DNA from: an uncultured Planctomycetia bacterium
GTDB lineage: Bacteria; Omnitrophota; Gorgyraeia; VGKH01; JBHPFN01
Direction of reading: 5' to 3'
Length of the DNA stretch: 64,000 nucleotides
NCBI GenBank assembly: GCA_964406665.1
Contig: CAYOSQ010000001.1
Location: forward strand, 7,412 to 71,411
Shown one piece after another: positions 25,137 to 33,375 of this stretch (its first letter is position 1; each line of letters opens with the position of its first letter). The notes under the pieces were generated by a model, which worked only from the letters and a program-made list of their open reading frames with translations, did not search any database and was not told where the DNA came from. Both the position numbers and the translations under genes were made by a program.

Positions 25137-26840
25137 TTATTCTACATTAGTCAACCACTGTATTCTTCCAATTGTAGCTCCAGAGCTTTCAGGGATAATA
25201 TCAAAATTTTCAAATTCTATTGCACCTTGTAAATATGGAATCTGGCCTGCATACTGTGGCACCTCTGAACGAATGAGAAGATTCCCCCGACTACCATCGC
25301 ATGCAAAATTAGCATCACAGTTTGAATAACACAATGATGACATCACTACACTGTCGCATAACCTATGACATTCGGATCTATATGCCAAATAGTTAGCAAT
25401 GCCTGGTCTTACGTTCAGCCAATGATAAATCTCCTGAAAATCTAAACACTCTTGCATGCACTGTCCGGGATTATCCAGAGCACAAAAATCTCTACACTCA
25501 TAATAACCGTCAACGGTTCCCAACTCTTCATTGTCTAAACATTTCCGAATACACTCTGTATCGCATTTGTCTACAGCACAACATTCTTGTACGCATCCAG
25601 ATTTTCCATATGCAAACTGATATTCTCTGGCACACCAACGCATACAATGATCAGGATCACACCTACGATGACATTCAGAATCAGGATGCTCTGGCTGTAA
25701 AATTTCTAAACAACTATTAAAACATTGATCTCTACACGCAATTCCCTTGCAATCTTTATCAATATTGCTGCACATTTTATAACAAGCAGAACCTTCCTCT
25801 AAATCACAATCGGCAACACAGCGAACCGAATCTGTAGGGTCATGTTCTTGTTGCAGGCAAAGCGTTTGACCAAGCAATGGTTCGTCATCAACTTGAAAAA
25901 AGTACTCAGGAGAATCATTAACACCGTTACCGGCAACATGGGCAAAGTGTTCAATAAATCCCGTCTGCAAATCCCAGGGAATATTATATTCCCCATAACA
26001 CGGTATACCGTCTCCGGCTACACAGGGAAATTCTCCTGTTTCGTCAAAGCCCTCGCCATCATCTACCCATTCTTCAAGCAACAATTCTGTTTTTCCCAAA
26101 GTAATATATATATCTTCACTTTTGTAAGAAAGATCCTCTCCCTCTGGGGAGTCATTTGGACCTTCAAGTTTATGATATTTAGCAGAATAACTTATATCAT
26201 ATTTTCCAGCAGGAAGACCTAAATTTGCAAAATAGATAATATTCTTACCTCCCATAAGCAGCTCCCCATCTTCTCCTATAGTTGCATCACCAACTTCAAT
26301 GTTCATAGGGGCAACATAGCTGTATTTTACTGAGCATTGTACTGTCTTTAATGTTGAGCCTCCTAATATAGGAACTGTTGCAGATGCAGTTAAAAGATAA
26401 ATGTAGTCTCCTGGGATAGGAGGTTTCCCTGCTCCAGAGCCGTAAGTGTCTACGCTGATTAATTGAGCAGTGTTTTTATTAATAGATTCAAGCTGTTCAG
26501 GTGTACATTCGAAGTGTCCGTGCCCGGTCCCACCAGTTTCCCCAGAACCTCTATCGGTTTCTGGCAAAGACCACTCAAACACTTCACCAATATCTTTCTG
26601 CTCTATGGGAAAATGCTTAGGGAATTCACCTGTGTCAAAGTAAACTTTTATCTCTTGGATTTTTTCTCTGGCAGCTGATTCTGCTAACCAGAGTGCTTGG
26701 GTGGTACCAATCTGTCTTTTAGTAGAAGATATTTCTCTTACCGAAGACATGAATACTCCGGTAATGATAGCACCGAAGAGAATACATAAACCTAAAGCAG
26801 TAATCAGAGCAAAGCTTTTTTTATTATTTGGTTTATTCAT
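25137..26840 (-). CDS. PilX_N-domain minor-pilin-like protein with a Cys-rich C-terminal domain (567 aa)
   Basis: The N-terminal KKSFALITALGLCILFGAIITGVFMSSVREISSTKRQIGTTQALWLAESAAREKIQEI matches the PilX N-terminal pattern. The C-terminus has ECHRRCDPDHCMRWCA and the tail LLIRSEVPQY..PYLQGAIEF...RIQWLTNV, shared with 26854-28734 and 31260-33038. Confidence 0.55.
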   Translation of the reverse strand: MNKPNNKKSFALITALGLCILFGAIITGVFMSSVREISSTKRQIGTTQALWLAESAAREKIQEIKVYFDTGEFPKHFPIEQKDIGEVFEWSLPETDRGSGETGGTGHGHFECTPEQLESINKNTAQLISVDTYGSGAGKPPIPGDYIYLLTASATVPILGGSTLKTVQCSVKYSYVAPMNIEVGDATIGEDGELLMGGKNIIYFANLGLPAGKYDISYSAKYHKLEGPNDSPEGEDLSYKSEDIYITLGKTELLLEEWVDDGEGFDETGEFPCVAGDGIPCYGEYNIPWDLQTGFIEHFAHVAGNGVNDSPEYFFQVDDEPLLGQTLCLQQEHDPTDSVRCVADCDLEEGSACYKMCSNIDKDCKGIACRDQCFNSCLEILQPEHPDSECHRRCDPDHCMRWCAREYQFAYGKSGCVQECCAVDKCDTECIRKCLDNEELGTVDGYYECRDFCALDNPGQCMQECLDFQEIYHWLNVRPGIANYLAYRSECHRLCDSVVMSSLCYSNCDANFACDGSRGNLLIRSEVPQYAGQIPYLQGAIEFENFDIIPESSGATIGRIQWLTNVE

Positions 26841-26853
26841 TAATTGCCACTAT

Positions 26854-28734
26854 TTAATTTACGTTAGTCAACCATTGAATTCTTCTAACCGTAGCCCCGG
26901 ATTCTTCCGGAACAATATCAAAGCTTTCAAACTGAACAGAACCCTGTAAATAAGGTAACGCATAGTGGTATTGTGGCACCTCTGAACGAATTAAAAGATT
27001 ACCTCTAAAATCATCACATAGAAAATAAGAATCACAGTTAGAAAAACAAGTCTTTTTACTAGATAAATTTTTGCATAGCCTATGACATTCAGACATAAAG
27101 CCTGCTGCTTCGGGAATGCCAGGCCTAACATTCTCTCCATTATAGTCTCTCTGAAAATTCAAAGCGCAATCATCCACGCACTCTCCGGGATTGTCTATAG
27201 CACAAAAATCTTTGCACTCTGTATATCCCTCTATAGCTTGTTTTTGCTTAAATGCACATTGAAGCAAACAATCTTGGTCACAGGCCGTTTTGCCACAACA
27301 TAATTCTACGCACTGAGAATGTATATATGCTGTTTCATACTCAAAGGCACACCAACGCATACAATGAACCGGGTCACACCTACGGTGACATTCAGAGTTT
27401 GGATGTTCTTTCTGAAAAATTTCTACGCAACCTTTATAGCATGGTCCGCCACAACCAGAACCTTCACAATCGTCATCAAGCTGTTCGCACATTTTGCTAC
27501 ACAAAGAATCCTCTTCTAGATCACAATCATCTTGATAAAATTCAAGCCTCGAAGGATCTAAAATATCATACAGACCTAAAAAGCTTTCAACCAAAGGATC
27601 ATCATCAACTTCAAAGTGATACTGCAGATCTTCGTTAACCCCGTTATCAGCAATATGGGTAAAGTTTTCAGCAAATCCTGTTTGTAAATCCCAGGGAATA
27701 TTATATTCGCCGTAACATGACATGTCATCTCCAGCAACACAAGGAAGTTCTCCGGCTTCATCAAAACCGTCACCGTCATCTACCCACTCTTGCAGAAGAA
27801 TTTCGCTTTTACCTAATCTAATGTAAAAATTCTCTTCTTGAAAAGGGCTAACTTTTTCTGCTTCCCGTAAACTACGGCCAATATGCTGATTATATTTTGC
27901 AACATAGCTCAAATCGTATCTACCTGCAGGCAGATCTAAATCTTTATAATAAATAATATTATCGACTCCCATCTTTATACGTCCATCTTCTCCTATAGTT
28001 GCATCACCAACTTCAATATTCATAGGAGCAACATAGCTGTATTTTACTGAGCATTGTACTGTCTTTGATGTTGAGCCTCCTAATATAGGAACTGTTGCAG
28101 ATGCGGTTAAAAGATAAATGTAGTCTCCTGGAATAGGAGGATCTCCTGTTCCAGAACCATAAAGATTGACGCTGATTAATTGAGCACTGGTGGCTATGAC
28201 TGGAATATCTAGAGCATCAACAATCTTTTCAATCTTTGCCTTCTGGGAAGATGCGCTTTTTGGCTGACTAGCGCCACCAGAGGCGGGAGGCAGACCTTTT
28301 GGCTGACTAGCGCCACCAGAGGCGGGAGGCAGACCTTTTGGCTGACTACCACCTCCTGAATCAGGCTCATGTCCTGAGGGATCTTCATGACTCCCGTCTT
28401 GATCATCTGGCATAAAACCCCACTCATACTCTTTACCTATATCTTTATCAGGGTCTACGGGGAAGTGTTTAGGGAATTCACCGATGTCAAAGTATGTTTT
28501 TATCTCTTGGATTTTTTCTCTGGCAGCTGATTCTGCTAACCAGAGTGCTTGGGTGGTACCAATCTGTCTTTTAGTAGAAGATATTTCTCTTACCGAAGAC
28601 ATGAATACTCCGGTAATGATAGCACCGAAGAGAATACATAAACCTAAAGCAGTAATCAGAGCAAAGCTTTTTTTATTATTTGGTTTTTTTATTACTTTCA
28701 CCCCACCTACTCCTGCAAAGAATTGATTGGCCAA
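26854..28734 (-). CDS. PilX_N-domain Cys-rich protein, tandem paralog (626 aa as tracked). The probable true start is the GTG near 28701 (V of GVKVIKKPNNKK), preceded by a GGAG RBS.
   Basis: The first roughly 62 aa after KKPNNKK are identical to the 567 aa paralog. It contains a 3x GGASQPKGLPPAS repeat, and its C-terminus has ECHRRCDPVHCMRWCA ... RIQWLTNVN. Confidence 0.55.
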   Translation of the reverse strand: MANQFFAGVGGVKVIKKPNNKKSFALITALGLCILFGAIITGVFMSSVREISSTKRQIGTTQALWLAESAAREKIQEIKTYFDIGEFPKHFPVDPDKDIGKEYEWGFMPDDQDGSHEDPSGHEPDSGGGSQPKGLPPASGGASQPKGLPPASGGASQPKSASSQKAKIEKIVDALDIPVIATSAQLISVNLYGSGTGDPPIPGDYIYLLTASATVPILGGSTSKTVQCSVKYSYVAPMNIEVGDATIGEDGRIKMGVDNIIYYKDLDLPAGRYDLSYVAKYNQHIGRSLREAEKVSPFQEENFYIRLGKSEILLQEWVDDGDGFDEAGELPCVAGDDMSCYGEYNIPWDLQTGFAENFTHIADNGVNEDLQYHFEVDDDPLVESFLGLYDILDPSRLEFYQDDCDLEEDSLCSKMCEQLDDDCEGSGCGGPCYKGCVEIFQKEHPNSECHRRCDPVHCMRWCAFEYETAYIHSQCVELCCGKTACDQDCLLQCAFKQKQAIEGYTECKDFCAIDNPGECVDDCALNFQRDYNGENVRPGIPEAAGFMSECHRLCKNLSSKKTCFSNCDSYFLCDDFRGNLLIRSEVPQYHYALPYLQGSVQFESFDIVPEESGATVRRIQWLTNVN

Positions 28735-29345
28735 ACTCCGTCTATTGATTTGAAAGAAATCGATGTATCAATATTGGGAACCTTCTTCTCCAAAGTCAAT
28801 TCAAAAAATAAAGTCTCTCCATCGTCATATTGTTGGTTTACCGCTATTGTTTCAGAAGATGAACAAGTAAAAGAAACAACATTGTCAGTTATAACCTGAG
28901 ACACACTTACCACGCCAGAATTATCTGTTCGCATTAAACATCCTGTATTAGAGTTAACGCTATACACAATATTCGTATTAGCGGGATAGTATTCGAGAAC
29001 ATAATCACAATCGCCCCCTTCTTCTCCACCTTCACAACTACTAATCCAAAGACTTCCGTCATTATTTATATCCTTAGGAAGTGCAGCTGAAATGACACAG
29101 TTATTTACAGAGTTATGGTTAAACATTAACTTCTGCAGACCGTTTGGTTTTGCATTTCTTAGTTCTGACACTAATATGTTGGTTGCTCTATTGGCTTTTT
29201 GTTGCAACTCTACAGCAGAAAGCTCTGAAAAACTATATCTCATGGTAACAGCAAGAGCTGTAGCTCCAATGCCTGCAACTATGCTGAAAATTAAAGCTAC
29301 CATTAATACTTCTGGTAAGGTAAAACCAATATTTCTTAGCTTCAT
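28707..29345 (-). CDS. Type IVa/T2SS-type minor prepilin (PilW/GspJ-like), leader G|FTLPEV
   Basis: RNIGFTLPEVLMVALIFSIVAGIG is a classical prepilin cleavage/methylation-type N-terminus with Glu at +5. Confidence 0.6.
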   Translation of the reverse strand: MKLRNIGFTLPEVLMVALIFSIVAGIGATALAVTMRYSFSELSAVELQQKANRATNILVSELRNAKPNGLQKLMFNHNSVNNCVISAALPKDINNDGSLWISSCEGGEEGGDCDYVLEYYPANTNIVYSVNSNTGCLMRTDNSGVVSVSQVITDNVVSFTCSSSETIAVNQQYDDGETLFFELTLEKKVPNIDTSISFKSIDGVWPINSLQE

Positions 29346-29782
29346 AAACCAACCTCTATATATTCATCTACAATTTTTCCGTCAGTAATCCATCTAACAC
29401 CTACCTGAACATGTAAAGGCCTATCGGGCAATCCCGGAGACGCAGGAAGGTCATCTATGTATTCAACAGAAATCTTTTCTTCGGGAAGATATGGCGGATC
29501 GATCCAATCCCTTATATCAGGAGCTACTCCTTCGGGAAAATGTGTGATGTAAACAGCTTGGATACCTTCTTTTACTTCTATGCTTTTTAATATTTCTACT
29601 AAACGTTGGGCGTGTAAAGTTGCGGTCATCTGCTGGCCTAAAAGAATACGTAGTTGCCTGGCACAGGCAAAAGTTTTACCTGCTGCTACAAAAATAGCAA
29701 CAACAACTAGCAGAGAAATAAGAATCTCTACAAAAGATACTCCCAAGCGATTTTTGGAAAATACCTTAATCATTATATTCAA
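29342..29782 (-). CDS. Type IVa/T2SS-type minor prepilin (PilV/GspI-like), leader G|VSFVEI
   Basis: NRLGVSFVEILISLLVVVAIFVAAG. Paralogous to the divergently encoded 30136-30576. Confidence 0.55.
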   Translation of the reverse strand: MNIMIKVFSKNRLGVSFVEILISLLVVVAIFVAAGKTFACARQLRILLGQQMTATLHAQRLVEILKSIEVKEGIQAVYITHFPEGVAPDIRDWIDPPYLPEEKISVEYIDDLPASPGLPDRPLHVQVGVRWITDGKIVDEYIEVGL

Positions 29783-29890
29783 TATACCATAGAAATAATT
29801 CTGTACATAGAAAAATTTAAGGGAAAATATGTGGGGGCTTCGATGGTTTTATTATTTTAAGAATACAGTTAAATTATGTTTTTTCTTATC

Positions 29891-29918
29891 TTGAAAAGAC
29901 GCTATCTCGTGTTATACT
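29891..29918 (+). promoter_or_regulatory. Candidate sigma70 promoter in the divergent intergenic region (TTGAAA-16 nt-TATACT) for the plus-strand minor-pilin cassette
   Basis: The 353 bp divergent gap 29783-30135 is AT-rich. The plus-strand gene at 30136 has an AAGGAG RBS. Confidence 0.3.
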
Positions 29919-30135
29919 TTTATAGTAAGCATAAACAGTTGATTGAACGCACTGTCTGTTAAAGATGGGCATTCAGAGACAAGTAAATTTACCTCTGACC
30001 CTTGTGAAAGACAAGATGCAGGTCTTTCCAACACAACGTTATTAGCCTTATTTCACATTCAGGGTAATTACTGGGTCAAAAATTGAAACCTATCTTTTCG
30101 GCTTAGATAAAGATGGGTTTTTTTAAGGAGATCGC

Positions 30136-30576
30136 ATGCGTTACGCAAAAAACAAAAAAGGCATGATGATGCTATTGGAGGTCTTGGTTTCTTCGGTGGT
30201 TACCACCATCGTCGTTGCCGTAATGACTCTTACCTTGGTGCAGGAAAGAAATTTTCGCGCAACCCTAGGAGAACAAATGATAGCCACGTTTCATGCGCAA
30301 CGAATTATTGAGACGATGAAAAAGATAGAAAAACAAAGTGGCATAGAAGCAGTATACAACAATCCCTATTTTCCCGTAAACGACGAAGTAGTATGGAGCA
30401 ATTGCGATTGCATTGATGGGATTCTATTGCCGGGAGAAGTGGCAAAAATTACCTATCCTGATGGCCCGCTGCCACCGCCGGGCACGCTTCCTCCACGACC
30501 CTTACGTGCGCGCGTTGAAATTTTATGGAATAATAACGGTCGAACGCTCACCGAGGTTATGGAGGTAAATCTATAA
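30136..30576 (+). CDS. Minor prepilin (PilV/GspI-like), mirror paralog of 29342-29782
   Basis: KKGMMMLLEVLVSSVVTTIVVAV. An EQMIATFHAQRIIETMKKIE block is shared with the minus-strand paralog (QQMTATLHAQRLVEILKSIE). Confidence 0.55.
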   Translation: MRYAKNKKGMMMLLEVLVSSVVTTIVVAVMTLTLVQERNFRATLGEQMIATFHAQRIIETMKKIEKQSGIEAVYNNPYFPVNDEVVWSNCDCIDGILLPGEVAKITYPDGPLPPPGTLPPRPLRARVEILWNNNGRTLTEVMEVNL

Positions 30577-30578
30577 AA

Positions 30579-31235
30579 ATGACCCTCCATCCTTATTTAC
30601 GATTTTGTACATACCGATATAAAAAGAAGTCTGCTTCTTCTAAGGGGACTATTCTCATAGAAATGCTTATCGCTGTATTGATTATTGCACTTATCTCAGG
30701 TGTTGTAGGCGGCTTGTTGATTGCTCTCTCGCGGTTTTATTTTACCGAAATGGTTAAAACGGAACTTCAACAAAAAGGAAATCGCTCTATTACTCTTCTT
30801 GTTACAGAATTACGCGATGCGCAATCGCAGGGAACAGATATTTTAACCTTTACCCATGACAGCAACGGTAATTGTATAATCGATGCCTTTCTTCCCTACG
30901 ACGTCAATGACGATGATAGTCTTTGGAATTTAGCCTGTGATGAAGAAGGAAGACATTGTGATTTTAACATTGAATACGATGCTGCCGGCCAAATGCAGTA
31001 TATGGTTGATATGACGACTAACCAACTACAGCGCGTTTATACCAATGGAGTAGCATTGGTGCTATGCAATAATGTAAGAACGTTTATGTGTGCAGAGCCT
31101 GTTGGAGATGCGAATCAGTACGACGAAGGCGAGATGCTTTCGCTACGTCTTGAATTGTCCAAAGAAATTCCTTACCTTGGTCAAACGGCAGAAATAATTT
31201 TGGAAGATGGTGTATGGCTGGTGAATTCGCTCTGA
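30579..31235 (+). CDS. Minor prepilin (PilW/GspJ-like), leader G|TILIEM; paralog of 28707-29345
   Basis: SKGTILIEMLIAVLIIALISGVVGG with ELQQKGNRSITLLVTELRDA, compared with ELQQKANRATNILVSELRNA in the paralog. Confidence 0.6.
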   Translation: MTLHPYLRFCTYRYKKKSASSKGTILIEMLIAVLIIALISGVVGGLLIALSRFYFTEMVKTELQQKGNRSITLLVTELRDAQSQGTDILTFTHDSNGNCIIDAFLPYDVNDDDSLWNLACDEEGRHCDFNIEYDAAGQMQYMVDMTTNQLQRVYTNGVALVLCNNVRTFMCAEPVGDANQYDEGEMLSLRLELSKEIPYLGQTAEIILEDGVWLVNSL

Positions 31236-31259
31236 TATATTGAAAGGAGTATTCCTTAA

Positions 31260-33038
31260 ATGTTAGGCATTTATTCTCGCAAAGGACAAGTAGTTATTAT
31301 TACCTTAATACTTGTTGTTGCCTTCGCTGCAATCACCGCCAGCTTGTTTATGTCTTCTGTAGGTGAATGGATTTCTACGCGTCGCCAGCGCGACACAACA
31401 AAAGCAGTATGGGTTGCTGAGGCTGGCCTGCAACAGAGGATGCGAGATATAGAAACATGGTTTAATAACGGGCCTTTTCCTACAAACTTTCCCGTTGATT
31501 CTGATGAAATTGGTGACACGTATACGTGGCAAAACACTACTTTTTTCGGCGGAAACTACAATTCAAGTGCAACACTTATTCATATACGGGAATATGCTCC
31601 GGATACTCCGGATTATGTTCAGGAAGATCCACCTTCTGCAGAATATGTGTATTTAATTGAAGCAGAGGCAAATATATCCGCTCTCCCAGGACCTCAAGGA
31701 TTTACCACGCGCAAAGCCCAATGTGCAGTAGCATATGACTATCTTGGTCCAACCATATTTATAGATAGAGACAACAGAACATTAGGCAGAAGAGGAGCAA
31801 CGATTTTTGCTTCCGGAGGCATCTACAGATTAGCCAATATTATGCATTTCGGCAATCTAGATTTACCTCCAGGAAGATATAGCATGTCTTTTAGATCAGT
31901 CTATACTCAAGTTGCTGGCCCTCCTCTTCCTCCCAATAATGCTTCATACCCTTTGGCCCATGAAGATGCTTATATACATTTGGGCGACTCAAATATTTTA
32001 CTTGAGGAATGGACGGATGACGGCGATGGCTTTGAAGTAGACGGAGTGACTCCCTGCGTTGCTAATGATAGCGTTGTCTGTTACGGCGAATATAATATTC
32101 CCTGGGAGATGCAGAACTCTCATGAAGAATGGTATGAACATATTGATGAAGATGGAGTCCATGAAAATCCTCTGTATACTTTTGAAATCTCAGATGAAGA
32201 AGAAACTGAAATAGCAGAGTTCGCCTGCCACGGCGGAACACCTTCAGATCAAGATGCCGAAGAAGGCTCTTCAGGTTTTGTAGGCACCTGCTGGAATGAT
32301 CTTGATTTAGAAGAAGATTCAACCTGTAGCCAATTTTGCAACACCATTGACGACGCTTGTATCGGGCAAGATTGTATAACTCAATGCTGGGATGGCTGTC
32401 TTGACAATTTTCAGTGGAACCATCCTGATTCCGAATGTCATCGTAGATGCGAACCAATACATTGCATGAGATGGTGTGCGCAGGAATACCAACTTAAATA
32501 TCCCCAATCAGAATGCAACTTACTCTGTGCATCCGAGGCAGACCAAGCAAGCTGTGTGCAAACATGCATTGCTGATGAACAAAGCGGGCAAAACGGCAGA
32601 GAAGAATGCAAAGATTTCTGCGGAATTGAACCGCCAAATGGAATGACACAAATGGAAGCTTGCTTAACCGAATGTACTCTGGATACCACTGGGCTCCAAT
32701 TGGTATATGATGGGTCGTGGCATTCTGCATTTCTCTCGGAATGTCACAGAATCTGTGACAACATTACAGGCCCTCAACAATGTTTGGATAATTGTGATTT
32801 CTTATTCTTTAGAGAAGACATTCAAGGAGATATGCTGCTACGTACAGAAATAGGTCAATTTGATAACCAAAGACCATATCTACAAGGAGCTATGGAGTTT
32901 GATAAGCTTATTTTAACACCGGAAGACCCAGGTGCAAGCATCACTGACGTACAATGGATAACCAACCCTAGCCGCATAGAGATGCCACCAGAAGATCATC
33001 ATGGTAGGCATGCTGAAGAATTCGAACAATCATTTTAA
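31260..33038 (+). CDS. PilX_N-domain protein with a Cys-rich C-terminal domain (592 aa), third paralog
   Basis: The N-terminal LILVVAFAAITASLFMSSVGEWISTRRQRDTTKAVWVAEAGLQQRM is PilX_N-like. The C-terminus has HPDSECHRRCEPIHCMRWCAQEYQ ... LLRTEIGQF..PYLQGAMEF...VQWITN. Confidence 0.55.
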   Translation: MLGIYSRKGQVVIITLILVVAFAAITASLFMSSVGEWISTRRQRDTTKAVWVAEAGLQQRMRDIETWFNNGPFPTNFPVDSDEIGDTYTWQNTTFFGGNYNSSATLIHIREYAPDTPDYVQEDPPSAEYVYLIEAEANISALPGPQGFTTRKAQCAVAYDYLGPTIFIDRDNRTLGRRGATIFASGGIYRLANIMHFGNLDLPPGRYSMSFRSVYTQVAGPPLPPNNASYPLAHEDAYIHLGDSNILLEEWTDDGDGFEVDGVTPCVANDSVVCYGEYNIPWEMQNSHEEWYEHIDEDGVHENPLYTFEISDEEETEIAEFACHGGTPSDQDAEEGSSGFVGTCWNDLDLEEDSTCSQFCNTIDDACIGQDCITQCWDGCLDNFQWNHPDSECHRRCEPIHCMRWCAQEYQLKYPQSECNLLCASEADQASCVQTCIADEQSGQNGREECKDFCGIEPPNGMTQMEACLTECTLDTTGLQLVYDGSWHSAFLSECHRICDNITGPQQCLDNCDFLFFREDIQGDMLLRTEIGQFDNQRPYLQGAMEFDKLILTPEDPGASITDVQWITNPSRIEMPPEDHHGRHAEEFEQSF

Positions 33039-33063
33039 AGCATACAAAAAAATATTTCTGCTT

Positions 33064-33106
33064 TCGAAAAAAAAGAGCTGGTGATAAAAACACCAACTCT
33101 TTTTAA
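33064..33106. terminator. Bidirectional rho-independent terminator between the plus-strand pilin cassette and tRNA-Glu
   Basis: An 11 bp stem AAGAGCTGGTG / CACCAACTCTT (one mismatch) with a 7 nt loop, flanked by an A-run upstream and a T-run downstream. Confidence 0.5.
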
Positions 33107-33137
33107 TTTGAATTTATTGTTATCTGCTTAATAAAAA

Positions 33138-33215
33138 TGGTAGCCCCAGCGGGATTTGAACCCGCGTCTGATGGCTGAGAACCACCTGTCCTAGACCGGG
33201 CTAGACGATGGGGCC
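33138..33215 (-). tRNA. tRNA-Glu (anticodon CUC), CCA encoded
   Basis: Reverse complement GGCCCCATCGTCTAGCCCGGTCTAGGACAGGTGGTTCTCAGCCATCAGACGCGGGTTCAAATCCCGCTGGGGCTACCA folds as a cloverleaf. Acceptor stem GGCCCCA/TGGGGCT, anticodon loop TTCTCAG, T-arm GCGGG-TTCAAAT-CCCGC. Confidence 0.75.
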
Positions 33216-33375
33216 AATAAATACGTATGATTATTCTACCAAAAAAAATAGCGGAGTCAATCCTAAATTTTGCTCTGTAAAAATAAAAAATGTCAAAGAA
33301 TAAGCTCATAACTCAATAAAACTATTGACACTCCCAAGCGGTAAAGCTACAATAAAAACACAAAAAGGAAATTTT

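Noticed and set aside
33103-33309. 68 aa minus-strand ORF
   Set aside because: It overlaps tRNA-Glu and the bidirectional terminator, so it is spurious.}
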